DNA of 64,000 nt from an uncultured bacterium (GCA_964412225.1 CAYPNB010000001.1:75656-139655); one strand, 5' to 3'. Positions 1 to 10,098 are shown, counted from the first letter of the stretch. Made by a program: numbers and translations. The notes: a model not told the origin generated them from the sequence alone.

Positions 1-1025
1 ACCGAAATCACCCCGCGCACTTTCGTCAGCACCTCGGTTTTAAACCGCTCAACCCGGTTGTAACTGGCACTTTCGGCCCGGACTTGGGTGATGTTCAAAC
101 GGCGTTGCCAGCCGGCAAGAATCCGGGAGATTAACACCGTGCTGGCAGAATCTACCGCCCGCTGCAGTGCCTGGTCTTCACGGAACGGCAATTCGGTTAA
201 AATGGTGGTGGCAGCGAGTACCTCGCTGGTGTTGGAGTTTATCGCCTTGAGGTTTAACCGGACCCGATAGAAGTTTACCTCATCGTTGCTGTAACCGAGC
301 CGTTTGCGCAGGGATGTCCGGCTCATCGTGCCGACAACCCCGATTTCCGCCCCACTTCCCAGCCCGACGAGCATCGCCGCCTGTTCGTCTCCTTCAAGGA
401 TTTTTTTTAGCCGTTCCCGGTCAAGATTTCTCGCCACCGTTGCCCGGTCGACAACGGGAAACCCTTTTTCCTGAAATTTACCGACCAGCATCGTCTCCAC
501 CACCTCCTCCCCCATCGTAATATCGGGTATCCGGATTGCCGCCCCTTCTGGCACCTCCTTGACAATCACCATCAGGCGCGGGCGTGCCTGTTCTGCCAGC
601 AGGATACCAATTGCCCGCAGGTCCTCCGCCAGTTTTTCGTTTTTTACTTTTGCCCGGATCGTCACCCGGTACAGGTCCGCCTCCCGGCTTTCGTTTATCA
701 CCCGATAGGAAGAGACATAACCGTTGGCCTGAGAGTAGATACGGTCGGAAAGGAGTTGAAAGTTTTGCACCCGGGTTTCGGAGTTGACAAAACTGCCCAC
801 CCCCTGCTCCACCGCCTTGCGCAGGGCGTCCTTGAGCGCCTGGTCCCGGCTGATGTCGGCGCTGCCGCTAATCGTCGCCACCCCTTCGGCAAGGAGCTCT
901 ACCCCCTCCCCACCCGCCAGCACTACCGGTGCCGTGCCGTGCTCCTGAGGTGGCGGGGTGTAGGCCGGGTTCCAGCAACCGACAAGGAGAAGCAGGACGG
1001 CAAAAAGGTAAAGGGTTTTTTTCAT
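1..1025 (-). CDS. Lipoprotein with tandem LpoB/CsgG-like modules (partial, 3' end beyond window start)
   Basis: Absent from the ORF track because it is open at the window edge. The reverse complement from the ATG at 1025 reads MKKTLYLFAVLLLLVGCWNPAY... (signal peptide plus lipobox LVGC) and stays open to nt 1. It contains an internal duplicated module ...DRATVARNLDRERLKKILEGDEQAAMLVG.... Its start sits 10 nt downstream of the next gene's stop. Confidence 0.55.
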   Translation of the reverse strand, partial: MKKTLYLFAVLLLLVGCWNPAYTPPPQEHGTAPVVLAGGEGVELLAEGVATISGSADISRDQALKDALRKAVEQGVGSFVNSETRVQNFQLLSDRIYSQANGYVSSYRVINESREADLYRVTIRAKVKNEKLAEDLRAIGILLAEQARPRLMVIVKEVPEGAAIRIPDITMGEEVVETMLVGKFQEKGFPVVDRATVARNLDRERLKKILEGDEQAAMLVGLGSGAEIGVVGTMSRTSLRKRLGYSNDEVNFYRVRLNLKAINSNTSEVLAATTILTELPFREDQALQRAVDSASTVLISRILAGWQRRLNITQVRAESASYNRVERFKTEVLTKVRGVIS

Positions 1026-1034
1026 CGCCGCCCC

Positions 1035-2018
1035 TTACAGAAGCAGTTTGACGATAAACCGTCCCGCCTCAAATAGAAACCGGGCGCCTTCCTTCAGCCA
1101 TTTAAGTTTATCGGCATCTTCTTTTTTCAGGATGATATCCGAGCCCAGTTTACCCCGCGCCTGTTTTATCTTTAGAACCAGGGGTTGATTGGCGAACTCC
1201 GGTCGGGCGAGGATTTCATCCAGCCGGTTGATATACTGGACTACCTTCTGGCCGGTGGCACCGGTGTACTGATAGTACTCTTTTGTATCCAGAAGCAGGT
1301 TGCCCTGATCGTCGTAGATTTTCGGAAAGAGCGCCGGCTGCAAGCCGGTATTGCCCGCGTCCAGAACAATTCCGGAATACTGCCGGAAAAACTCCCGTAC
1401 CGCCGGGGAGATATTTGTCGCTTCGGACCGAGCCCCGGTTTCCGATAGTGCCGGAGAAAGTGCCTCCGCCACACTCTGCGGACCGGTCAGGTTGACCTCC
1501 AGTTCCACCGCCACCACCCCGGTGGCAGAATCAAATTTTGCCGGGCCGACCTGGCGGGCACCTTTTACCACCCCTTCAACATGGGAATAAATGACATCAA
1601 AGCGGGTAACAAAGTTTTCCACCTTGGTGTCGGAGTCCACCCGTACCCCTTTGATGATTTCCAGCAGATTGCGCTGGGCAACAACCACCGCTGCCCTTTC
1701 TGCCATCAGTCGCGCCCGGGCATGATTCGGGTCACCCGGGTCAACTACACCAGAACCCCGGGCTCGGACCACACCGGTACCCCAGTCAATTAAGCCACCG
1801 GGTACCGGCTCGGCAATCTCACCGGGGGCGGCGATTGGACCAAGCGGTACCGGGGCAACAAACCCGGTATCCCGGGGTATCGGGGGCATCGCGATCGGTT
1901 CAGTCACCGGCGCCCGAGGTGGAATGCCGGTTTCCCCTGTCCCTCGTACGCCAGCGGTCGGGCTGACACAGCCGACAAAAAACAGCGTCGCGCGCAAAAC
2001 TGCGAGAAAAGGTTTCAT
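1035..2018 (-). CDS. Hypothetical secreted protein/lipoprotein
   Basis: 327-aa ORF with an N-terminal signal peptide (MKPFLAVLRATLFFVGCVSP). Its start overlaps the stop of the upstream gene by 4 nt (2015-2018), and it is co-oriented with two other lipoprotein genes. Confidence 0.5.
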   Translation of the reverse strand: MKPFLAVLRATLFFVGCVSPTAGVRGTGETGIPPRAPVTEPIAMPPIPRDTGFVAPVPLGPIAAPGEIAEPVPGGLIDWGTGVVRARGSGVVDPGDPNHARARLMAERAAVVVAQRNLLEIIKGVRVDSDTKVENFVTRFDVIYSHVEGVVKGARQVGPAKFDSATGVVAVELEVNLTGPQSVAEALSPALSETGARSEATNISPAVREFFRQYSGIVLDAGNTGLQPALFPKIYDDQGNLLLDTKEYYQYTGATGQKVVQYINRLDEILARPEFANQPLVLKIKQARGKLGSDIILKKEDADKLKWLKEGARFLFEAGRFIVKLLL

Positions 2019-2602
2019 TGTGCCCCTCCCCTTTCTAATAGCGGTAATAACGCCACGTCTAGGGCCGAGGCCAGCGCGGGTTCCGCACCCTCAAAGCTTG
2101 ACCCCTGCCCCTGGGCAGAGTAAAGCACCTCCCCGGTTTCTACGGCAATAATGCGAACGGTCAGTTCGGCATCCCGTTGCTCCGGCGAGTCGGAGAAAAA
2201 CGGGTCGTGCTTGACCGATCCGATTCTGATTATCATCACCGCGGAGGCCCCGAGCAGTTTTCCCAGCCGGGCGGCGCTTTCCGGATCAACAACGCCGGAA
2301 TAGGAAAACTCCTGTTCCTGCAAAATCCGGCTTACCGTTGCCCGGTCAATAACCGAAAAGGTGAGGATTTTCATTAACTGCATCTCGGCCCTTTCCATTA
2401 GTGCGCTCCCTGGGTCAACAGCGGAACTCGGACCACTCGCCACCGGCAGAACCGCGATCCGCCAGGGTTGGGCGAGGTCAAACTTGGGCGAAATTGAGTA
2501 CGGCTGCACCGCCCGAATCATTCCCGGGGTTGGTGCGCACGCGCTACCCAAAACAAGCAATAGGCCAATTGTGCCCATCGCAATGCAGTTAATCTTTGTC
2601 AA
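2015..2602 (-). CDS. CsgG/LpoB-like lipoprotein
   Basis: 195 aa. A TTG start is preceded by AAGGAG, followed by a signal peptide plus lipobox (LGSAC). The motif DRATVSRILQEQEFSYSGVVDPESAARLGKLLGASAVMIIRIG is typical of the CsgG / PBP-activator LpoB fold. Confidence 0.5.
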   Translation of the reverse strand: MTKINCIAMGTIGLLLVLGSACAPTPGMIRAVQPYSISPKFDLAQPWRIAVLPVASGPSSAVDPGSALMERAEMQLMKILTFSVIDRATVSRILQEQEFSYSGVVDPESAARLGKLLGASAVMIIRIGSVKHDPFFSDSPEQRDAELTVRIIAVETGEVLYSAQGQGSSFEGAEPALASALDVALLPLLERGGAQ

Positions 2603-2919
2603 AGGCAGCTCCTTTCTTTGCTTGATTATTTAAGACAAATAATTGTCCGGTGTCAACAAATTGCGTAAGAGCAGGTGCTGGCCCGGTTGAAGATAGCCGC
2701 TGGTGGCAAACAGAAACAGAGGCGATACCTTTCCGGTTTTCTGTTAACTTACCGAGATTGACCCCAAACAGGCTTTTTTCTTCGTCAGTTTTGTTTATCT
2801 TTCGCAAAATCAAGTTCTTGGGTAGTTTTATCCACTATTAGGGGGGTATACCCCCCCACCGTTCCCGGGGTTGTTGGTGAGTGAGGCGATTGTTAAAAGA
2901 ACGGGTTAATTTCAATTGT

Positions 2920-3615
2920 TCAGGCGGTGAGAATAGAGATTAACTGGCGGGCGTTTTTGAGCATATTCTGGTCGTTGTTAAAGAACACATAGGCCTTTTT
3001 CGGCTTTGCCGCCCGGATTTTTGCTGCCTGTTCTTTCAGTTCTGCCAGGGAGTAGTGGTATTGATACCACCTGGTCCGGCCGTGCATCCGGAGGTAGACC
3101 AGGCCCGTGGTGTTGAACACTTCCTGACTGAATCCGGGGGCGTCAATGGAGACAAGGGTGATGCCCAGTTTTTTTGCCCAGTCAACGGTTGTGGCGCTGA
3201 ACCAGTCCGGGTGCCGGCACTCCAGGGCGAATCTTTTTCCCAGACCGGTGCTGGCGGCAAATTCTGCCAGGTCGGGCATTGCCGCAGGCAGGGTTTTTGG
3301 GTGGAGCTGAAATAGGTAGAAGTCAATCAGTTTATCAAGAGGTGTGAACAGTTCGGCAAACCTCTGCCAGACCGCAAACGCCGCCGGGTTGAAGCGGTGG
3401 ATGTGGGTGATAAGACGGGAGGCCTTTATCGCCCAGCGCAGCGTTTTGCCCTTCTGCGCCCAGGATTTTATCTGGTTTGGGAAGGGGAAACGGTAAAAAG
3501 AGGCGTTGAGTTCCACCGTGTTGAGGCGGGAGTTTTTAACAAACCAGTCTAGGTTGCGGTCCGGGTTCCAGTTGTAGAACCAGCCCGAGGTGCCGACATA
3601 CACCTTCATCGCCAT
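2920..3615 (-). CDS. DUF72 (UPF0759) family protein
   Basis: VYVGTSGWFYNWNP...YVFFNND motifs are characteristic of DUF72. The start was chosen at the internal ATG (MAMKVYVG). Confidence 0.75.
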   Translation of the reverse strand: MAMKVYVGTSGWFYNWNPDRNLDWFVKNSRLNTVELNASFYRFPFPNQIKSWAQKGKTLRWAIKASRLITHIHRFNPAAFAVWQRFAELFTPLDKLIDFYLFQLHPKTLPAAMPDLAEFAASTGLGKRFALECRHPDWFSATTVDWAKKLGITLVSIDAPGFSQEVFNTTGLVYLRMHGRTRWYQYHYSLAELKEQAAKIRAAKPKKAYVFFNNDQNMLKNARQLISILTA

Positions 3616-3702
3616 TAATATAGAAAGGGAAAATTTTCTGTCAAAAGCGACAAAGAAAAACTGGACAGATAACATCAGGGGGGGTATAATTTTGACTTCA
3701 CA

Positions 3703-4137
3703 ATGGCGGATACGCAGGAGTTTCAGCCCAAGATTGTGGCGTTTCTCTGTAACTGGTGTTCTTATGCTGGTGCCGATCTGGCGGGAATTTCAAGAATGCA
3801 GTACCCACCGACAATTCGGGTGATCCGGGTACCCTGTTCGGGCCGGGTGGACCCGTTTTTTATTTTACAGGCGCTCCAGATGGGAGCGGATGGGGTGCTG
3901 GTGTCCGGGTGTCATCCCGGAGACTGTCATTATCTCACTGGTAATTTTGTTGCCCGGCGGCGGTTCGCGGTGCTCAATGACCTGCTGGAGTTCTGTGGGA
4001 TTGAGCCCGGGCGGGTGACCTTTGCCTGGGTGTCGGCAGCAGAGGGCGAGCGGTTTGCCCAGCTGGTGCGGGAGGTGACCGAAAAGGTGCGTCAACTGGG
4101 ACCCAGCCGGAGGCTGGTGAAAAGGGAGCCGGTTTGA
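3703..4137 (+). CDS. mvhD: MvhD/FlxD-like methyl-viologen-reducing hydrogenase delta-subunit homolog
   Basis: 144 aa with conserved cysteines (FLCNWCSYAGADLAG, VPCSGRVD, GCHPGDCHY) diagnostic of the MvhD 2Fe-2S protein. It is the first gene of the hdr/flx cluster. Confidence 0.85.
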   Translation: MADTQEFQPKIVAFLCNWCSYAGADLAGISRMQYPPTIRVIRVPCSGRVDPFFILQALQMGADGVLVSGCHPGDCHYLTGNFVARRRFAVLNDLLEFCGIEPGRVTFAWVSAAEGERFAQLVREVTEKVRQLGPSRRLVKREPV

Positions 4138-4967
4138 GCCAAATTGAGAGGTTGCGGGGGCGGGCAAAAGAGTTGCTTGCCAGCAAAACGGTTGCCTTTG
4201 TGCTTGGTTTTCAGGCCGGGTGCCGTTCTGAAGAAGCCGAGGTGGCTTTTATTACCGAGCCCGCAGAGGCCGGGCGATTGATAGTTGACGGCACCTGTTC
4301 GCTGAACATCGCCAACTTTCTTCTCCGGGTGAAGGGGGCGGGTCGGGGTGCGGTGGTGGCGCGGGGCTGTGAGTCCCGGTCAATTGTGGTTCTCCTCCAG
4401 GAGCGGCAGGTGGTGCGGGAAAACCTCTACATTCTCGGGGTGGGATGTGAAGGGGTGGTGGTAAACGGGGAGAAGTCGGTTGCCTGCGTCAGTTGTCGGT
4501 GTCCTAATCCGGTGATTTACGACGAGATGATTGGTGAGCCGGTGCCGGTTTCGCCGGAGCCGGTGCCGGATGATTTTGAGCGGTTGAGCCCGGATGAGCG
4601 GTGGCAGGTTTTGCAGGAGGATATCCAGAGGTGCATTCGCTGTTACGCCTGCCGGCAGGTATGTCCGAACTGCTACTGTCCGGTCTGTTTTGTTGACAAC
4701 ACCATGCCCCAGGTGGTGGGCAGGACCCATAACCTTTCGGACAATATGGTTTTTCACATCGGTCGGGCGCTGCATATGGCGGGCAGGTGTGTTGAGTGTG
4801 GGGCGTGCCACCGTGCCTGTCCGATGGGGATTGACTTAATGCGTTTCAATCGGCGGGTGGCAAAGACGGTGAAGGAGCGGTTTGGTGCGGTAGCGGGGAT
4901 GGACCTGAAGGAGGCGCCGGCGCTGACCGTTTTTAAACCGGATGACCCCCAGGAGTTTATCTACTGA
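4134..4967 (+). CDS. FlxC-like iron-sulfur protein (FrhB/FdhB-family N-terminus plus 2x[4Fe-4S] ferredoxin)
   Basis: The TTG start overlaps the mvhD stop (TTGA). CIRCYACRQVCPNCYCP and CVECGACHRACPMG ferredoxin motifs. Paralogous to 15018-16148. Confidence 0.7.
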   Translation: MSQIERLRGRAKELLASKTVAFVLGFQAGCRSEEAEVAFITEPAEAGRLIVDGTCSLNIANFLLRVKGAGRGAVVARGCESRSIVVLLQERQVVRENLYILGVGCEGVVVNGEKSVACVSCRCPNPVIYDEMIGEPVPVSPEPVPDDFERLSPDERWQVLQEDIQRCIRCYACRQVCPNCYCPVCFVDNTMPQVVGRTHNLSDNMVFHIGRALHMAGRCVECGACHRACPMGIDLMRFNRRVAKTVKERFGAVAGMDLKEAPALTVFKPDDPQEFIY

Positions 4968-4968
4968 T

Positions 4969-5985
4969 ATGGGTAAACCAAGGCAGGTTAAGAAAGAGGA
5001 ACTCCGGCAGCGGCTTAACTCCTTAGCCGGTGAGGGGAAGTTGTTTGCGCCGGTGCGGGATAAAACGGGTTCGGTCTGGCGCCGGGTGGCAAGTGCTGAA
5101 GAGATCTGTTTGGAGGAGATAAACGTTCGGGAGCCGGCAAAGGTTTTTGTTTTTCCCCGCACTGAGGTGATGATGCGGTTTGATGAAAAAGGGTTACCGG
5201 AGGTGCCGGCAGATGTGCCAGAGCAGGTGGTTTTTGGTTTGCGCCCCTGTGACGGGAGCGCCGGTGCCTTTCTGGAACAGTTTTTTACCGGCGGGGACCG
5301 GGTTGACCCGTATGTGAAACGGCGCCGGGAGCGGACAGTTCTGGTTGGCGTTGCCTGTAATCGCGCCGAGCCTTCCTGTTTCTGTATGGCGGTGGGCGGT
5401 AGTCCCCAGGGAACACGGGGGCTGGATTTACTGCTTACCGATCTGGGCGAATTGTGGGTGGCGGAGCCGGTGACCGCGGCGGGGGAAAAACTGGTGGCGG
5501 AGATGCCCGAAGCGGAGGCGGCGGTGCTGAAAAAGAAAGAGGAGATTCGCCATCAGGTTGAGGCGCAGATGGAGTTTAAGGAGTTGCCCAAAGGGTTGGC
5601 GGAAAAACTGGCGCGGTGTTTTGAGCATCGGGTGTGGGACATTTTGGCGGCGAAGTGTGTAAACTGTGGCGTCTGCACCTTTCTCTGTCCGACCTGTCAC
5701 TGCTTTGATGTTACCGATGAGACGGTACAGGGTAGGACCAGCCGGTGTCGGGTGTGGGACTCCTGTCAGTTTACCCTTTACTCCCAGCACGCCTCTGGGC
5801 ACAACCCGCGGTTTCAGCCGGGGTCCCGGTACCGGAACCGGGTGATGGACAAGTTTAAGTACACGGTAGAACAGGTGGGCGCGATTTCCTGTGTTGGCTG
5901 CGGGCGGTGTATCCGGTTCTGTCCGGCCGGAATTGACATCCGGCAGACGGTGCTGCGGGTGAGTCAGGCGATTGCGGAGGAGTAG
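4969..5985 (+). CDS. FlxB / AsrA / HydB-like 4Fe-4S subunit
   Basis: CFCMAVGG, CVNCGVCTFLCPTCHCFD and CVGCGRCIRFCPAG motifs match the anaerobic sulfite reductase subunit A / sulfhydrogenase beta family. The start was placed at ATG 4969 (MGKPRQ) just after the upstream stop; the longer ORF begins at 4942. Confidence 0.7.
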   Translation: MGKPRQVKKEELRQRLNSLAGEGKLFAPVRDKTGSVWRRVASAEEICLEEINVREPAKVFVFPRTEVMMRFDEKGLPEVPADVPEQVVFGLRPCDGSAGAFLEQFFTGGDRVDPYVKRRRERTVLVGVACNRAEPSCFCMAVGGSPQGTRGLDLLLTDLGELWVAEPVTAAGEKLVAEMPEAEAAVLKKKEEIRHQVEAQMEFKELPKGLAEKLARCFEHRVWDILAAKCVNCGVCTFLCPTCHCFDVTDETVQGRTSRCRVWDSCQFTLYSQHASGHNPRFQPGSRYRNRVMDKFKYTVEQVGAISCVGCGRCIRFCPAGIDIRQTVLRVSQAIAEE

Positions 5986-5988
5986 ACG

Positions 5989-6828
5989 GTGATGAACCCC
6001 TATCTGCCGATTCCGGTGCGGATTGAGCGGGTGACGGTTGAAAACGACGCCCAGGACCTGAAGACATTTGACCTGGCGTTTGTTGAGGAGGCGCTGCGGG
6101 CGAACTGGCGTTTTGTACCGGGGCAGTTTGGTTTTCTGTCAATCGCCGGGGTGGGTGAGGCGCCGTTTGGGATCGCCTCGGCACCCCATGAGCGGCTTTT
6201 GAAGTTTACGGTTAAACGGGTGGGTTCTTTTACCACCGCTCTTCACGAACTGACAGAAGGGGCGGTAATCGGTTTACGGGGGCCGTTTGGCAACTGGTAT
6301 CCGTTTGATTTGATGAAGGGCCGGGATGTGGTGATTGTTTCCGGCGGGTTTTCCTTCACCACTTTGCGGGCGACGATTGCCCATCTGCTTTTGCCGGAGA
6401 ATCGTGGTGATGTTGGGGAAATTACCGTTGTCTATGGCGCCCGTTCACCCGGAGAGCTGCTCTACAAAGAGGAGTTGAAAGTGTGGGAGGGCCGTTCGGA
6501 CATAAAGCTGGTTCTGTGTGTTGACCGGAAGAACGGTGCCGACTGGCCCCGAATTGAGGGGCTGGTACCCAATGTGCTTCAGGATGTGGCGCCGGCAGCG
6601 AACAACGCGGTGGCGTTGGTGTGCGGACCGCCGATAATGCTAAAGTTTACCCATCCGGTCCTGGAGAAACTGGGATTTCTCCCGGAGCGGGTGTTCCTTT
6701 CCCTTGAGAATCGGATGAAGTGTGGCATCGGCAAGTGTGGCCACTGTAACGTAGGACCGAAGTACGTGTGCAAGGACGGGCCGGTTTTCGCCTATGCCGA
6801 ATTGCGCCAGTTGCCCAGGGAGTATTGA
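5989..6828 (+). CDS. FlxA / AsrB / HydG-like FAD- and NAD(P)H-binding 2Fe-2S oxidoreductase
   Basis: FAD/NAD-binding ferredoxin-reductase fold (PGQFGFLSI, VVIVSGGFSFTTLRATIAHL) with a C-terminal CGIGKCGHCNVGPKYVCKDGPVF 2Fe-2S motif, as in the PyrK/AsrB/HydG family. Confidence 0.75.
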   Translation: MMNPYLPIPVRIERVTVENDAQDLKTFDLAFVEEALRANWRFVPGQFGFLSIAGVGEAPFGIASAPHERLLKFTVKRVGSFTTALHELTEGAVIGLRGPFGNWYPFDLMKGRDVVIVSGGFSFTTLRATIAHLLLPENRGDVGEITVVYGARSPGELLYKEELKVWEGRSDIKLVLCVDRKNGADWPRIEGLVPNVLQDVAPAANNAVALVCGPPIMLKFTHPVLEKLGFLPERVFLSLENRMKCGIGKCGHCNVGPKYVCKDGPVFAYAELRQLPREY

Positions 6829-6863
6829 AAAGTGAGTCCGATTTGTTATCATTTGTGTCTTTT

Positions 6864-7253
6864 ATGAGCGGTGCACCAGATAAACTTCTTGCCCAGATTG
6901 AACAGTTAAGCGGTCAGCGGGTTTCTGACTGCTATCAGTGCGGTTGCTGCACCGCCGGGTGTCCGATTGGCGAGTGGATGGACCCGCCACCGAGTAAGGC
7001 GATCCGGATTTTACAATTGGGGCGGGCAGAGGAACTGCTGGCGAGTGAAGGGATATGGCTCTGCGCCAGTTGTCTTGTCTGCGGTACCCGCTGTCCAAGG
7101 AATGTTGATTATGCCCGAATCGCCGAGGCGTGCCGGTTGATTGTTTTGCGCGGCAAGCGCAGTGTGGTTGACCCGGACAGTGTTACCGAATCCGACCTGG
7201 AGGATGTGCCGCAGCAGGCGTTTATTGCCAGTTTCCGGAAGTTTTCGGTATGA
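6864..7253 (+). CDS. hdrC: Heterodisulfide reductase subunit C
   Basis: CYQCGCCTAGCP and CASCLVCGTRCP two-cluster ferredoxin typical of HdrC. The ATG at 6864 follows the flxA-like stop. Confidence 0.8.
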   Translation: MSGAPDKLLAQIEQLSGQRVSDCYQCGCCTAGCPIGEWMDPPPSKAIRILQLGRAEELLASEGIWLCASCLVCGTRCPRNVDYARIAEACRLIVLRGKRSVVDPDSVTESDLEDVPQQAFIASFRKFSV

Positions 7254-8107
7254 GATACCCTTATTATCCCGGATGTACTCTTTATTCCAAGGCCCGGAAT
7301 CTTGACCGGTGTGGGCGCCGGGCGATGGCGACGCTCGGGGTGGAACTGGCAGAGATGTCTTCCTGGAACTGCTGCGGGGCGATTTACAACACCGGCAGCG
7401 ACGACCTGGCCGGCCAGGTCGGTCCAATCCGGAATCTGGCCAAGGCCAGTCAGGAGGGAGAAAAACTGGTTACGCTGTGCGCCGCCTGCCACAACGTGCT
7501 GAAACGGGCACAGGAGCGGTTTTTTGCCCAGGGGAATGAACAGGAGCGACAGCGGCTGATTGATTTTCTTGATGAACCTTTTACCCGGCCGGTGACGGTT
7601 GTTCACTACCTTGAGGTCCTGAAGGAGGATTTAGGCTGGGCGGCGATTAAGGAGCGGGTGCAGCAGCCTTTGGGTTTGAAGGTTGCCTCTTATTACGGTT
7701 GTTTGATGGTCCGGCCCCGGGAGGTTTTGAAGTTTGACGATCCGGATAACCCGCAGGTGATGGACGAACTGATGGGGGTTCTTGGTGCCGAGCCGGTGCG
7801 GTTTGATTTTAAGACCGAGTGTTGTGGTGGTTATCTGGTGGTGAACCGGCGGGCGGTGGCGGTTGAGTGCTCGCGGCGGATTTTAGACAATGCCCGTTCG
7901 TGGGGGGCGGAGGTAATTGTCACCACCTGTCCGTTGTGTCAGTACAACCTGGAAATTGCTCAGCGGGGGCAGGGCCCGGTTATGCCGGTATTTTATTTTA
8001 CCCAGTTATTGGGTCTGGCACTGGGTTTGGCACCGGTTGAACTGGGGTTTGAGGACAATAAACTTGACCCGGTGCCGTTTCTGAAGGAGAAAGGGTTAAT
8101 TAAATGA
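7250..8107 (+). CDS. hdrB: Heterodisulfide reductase subunit B (two CCG domains)
   Basis: ATGA overlap with hdrC. N-terminal YYPGC...NCCG and C-terminal YYGCLMV...CCGG...TTCPLCQYNL Cys-rich CCG domains. Confidence 0.85.
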   Translation: MRYPYYPGCTLYSKARNLDRCGRRAMATLGVELAEMSSWNCCGAIYNTGSDDLAGQVGPIRNLAKASQEGEKLVTLCAACHNVLKRAQERFFAQGNEQERQRLIDFLDEPFTRPVTVVHYLEVLKEDLGWAAIKERVQQPLGLKVASYYGCLMVRPREVLKFDDPDNPQVMDELMGVLGAEPVRFDFKTECCGGYLVVNRRAVAVECSRRILDNARSWGAEVIVTTCPLCQYNLEIAQRGQGPVMPVFYFTQLLGLALGLAPVELGFEDNKLDPVPFLKEKGLIK

Positions 8108-10098
8108 GCGCGGAGAATCCAGTTCTGGTTAACGAAGAGCGGCGGGCGGCGGGCGGTAAGCGGAAACTGGGTGTTTTTATCTGCCACTGCGGAATAAACA
8201 TTGCCGGTGTGGTTAAGGTTCCCGAACTGGTGGAAAGGGTAAAGAAGATTTCCGGGGTGGCGAGCGTTAAGGATTATGTTTACTGCTGTTCCGATCCCGG
8301 GCAGAAGATTATTCGCGATACAATTAAGTCGGAAGGGCTGGAGGGGGTGGTTGTAGCCTGCTGTTCCCCCACTCTCCACGAGGCGACATTCCGGCGGGCA
8401 GCGACTGAGGCGGGGCTGAACCCATATCTCTGTGAAATTGCCAATATTCGGGAGCAGTGCTCCTGGGTTACCGCGGACCGGGACGCGGCAACCGCCAAGG
8501 CAGAGGGCATTATTGCCACCATGCTTGCCAAGGTTGCCCGGGACCAGCCGCTGGAACGGTTGCGGGTTCCGATTGTGAAGCGGTGTCTGGTGGTGGGGGC
8601 GGGGATTGCCGGTATTCAGGCGGCTCTGGATGTGGCAAATGCGGGTTATGAGGTGGTGCTGGTGGAGAAGGAGCCGTCAATTGGCGGGCACATGGCACAA
8701 CTGTCCGAGACTTTCCCGACGCTTGATTGTTCGCAGTGTATTCTGACACCCAGGACGGTTGAGGCGGGTCGCCATCCGAGAATTAAACTTTTGACCTACT
8801 CAGAGGTGGCGGAGGTCAGCGGTTTTGTTGGCAATTTCCGGGTGAAGATAAAACAGAAACCCCGGTACGTTGACATTGACGCCTGCACCGGATGCGGGAT
8901 CTGTCTGGAGAAATGCCCGGTGCGGGTAGCGTCGGGTTTTGACCGGCAGCTGACCAGGCGCCGGGCGATCTACCGGTTGTTTCCCCAGGCGGTGCCGAAT
9001 AAGGTGGTGATTGATGCCGAGAGCTGCCGCCAGTTACAGGGTAAGAAGTGCGGGGTCTGTGCCAAGGTCTGTCCGGCGAATGCGATCCGTTATGATGACC
9101 AGGAGCGTTTTATTGAGGAGGAGGTGGGTGCAATTGTGCTCGCCACCGGTTATGAACTGTTTGACATCAGTCGGGTTGGCGCTTACGGTGCCGGCGTTGT
9201 TCCCGACGTGATTGATGGGCTGGCGTTTGAGCGAATTCTCTCGGCATCAGGTCCTTTTGCCGGTGAGGTGCGGCGGCCCTCGGACGGCAAGGTGCCGAAG
9301 CGGGTGGTGTTTGTTCAGTGCGCGGGTTCTCGGGACAGCAATCAAGGGGTGCCGTACTGTTCCAAGATTTGCTGTATGTATACCGCCAAACACGCGTTGC
9401 TGTACAAGCACCGGGTGCACGACGGCGAGGCGATTGTTTGCTATATTGATGTGCGGACACCGGGGAAGGGGTTTGAGGAGTTTTATCGGCGGGCAACTGA
9501 CGAAGGGGTGCAGTATCTTCGCGGTAAGGTGTCTAAAATTTTCCGCCGGGGGGATCGGGTGGTGGTTTGGGCAGCGGACACCCTGGCGGGCAAAAAACTG
9601 GAGATTGAAGCGGATATGGTGGTGCTGGCGAGTGCGGTTATCCCCAATCCCAGGGGGATAGAACTGGCACGACGGTTAAAAGTCGGCGTTGACGCCAACG
9701 GGTTCCAGTCCGAGGCACATCCGAAACTGCGACCGGTGGAGACGCTTACCGCCGGGTTTTTCCTCGCGGGATGCGGTCAGGGACCAAAGGACATTCCTGA
9801 AACGGTGGCGCAGGCTTCCGGGGCGGCGGCGAAGGTGCTGGCTTTGTTTGGAAATGAAGAGATGGAGCATGAACCGGTAATCGCTCAGGTTGATGAGGAT
9901 GTTTGTGTCGGTTGTGGCAACTGCGAGCGGACCTGTGCCTATGAGGCGGTAAAGGTTGACCCCCGGCGGGGTAAGGCGATAGTGCAAAAGGCGATGTGTG
10001 AAGGGTGCGGGGCGTGTGCGGTTGCCTGTCCTTCCGGGGCGATGAATCTGACCAACTTTACCAAAAAGGCACTTGTTGAAATGGTGGATGTGGATTGA
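8104..10098 (+). CDS. hdrA: Heterodisulfide reductase subunit A (FAD, multiple FeS)
   Basis: 664 aa with an ATGA overlap to hdrB. It has the VFICHCGINIAG thioredoxin-like/MvhD-binding module, a GAGIAGIQAALD FAD motif, an inserted CTGCGICLEKCP ferredoxin, a CAGSRD...YCSKICC stretch, and a C-terminal CVGCGNCERTCAY...CEGCGACAVACP 2x[4Fe-4S]. Confidence 0.9.
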   Translation: MSAENPVLVNEERRAAGGKRKLGVFICHCGINIAGVVKVPELVERVKKISGVASVKDYVYCCSDPGQKIIRDTIKSEGLEGVVVACCSPTLHEATFRRAATEAGLNPYLCEIANIREQCSWVTADRDAATAKAEGIIATMLAKVARDQPLERLRVPIVKRCLVVGAGIAGIQAALDVANAGYEVVLVEKEPSIGGHMAQLSETFPTLDCSQCILTPRTVEAGRHPRIKLLTYSEVAEVSGFVGNFRVKIKQKPRYVDIDACTGCGICLEKCPVRVASGFDRQLTRRRAIYRLFPQAVPNKVVIDAESCRQLQGKKCGVCAKVCPANAIRYDDQERFIEEEVGAIVLATGYELFDISRVGAYGAGVVPDVIDGLAFERILSASGPFAGEVRRPSDGKVPKRVVFVQCAGSRDSNQGVPYCSKICCMYTAKHALLYKHRVHDGEAIVCYIDVRTPGKGFEEFYRRATDEGVQYLRGKVSKIFRRGDRVVVWAADTLAGKKLEIEADMVVLASAVIPNPRGIELARRLKVGVDANGFQSEAHPKLRPVETLTAGFFLAGCGQGPKDIPETVAQASGAAAKVLALFGNEEMEHEPVIAQVDEDVCVGCGNCERTCAYEAVKVDPRRGKAIVQKAMCEGCGACAVACPSGAMNLTNFTKKALVEMVDVD

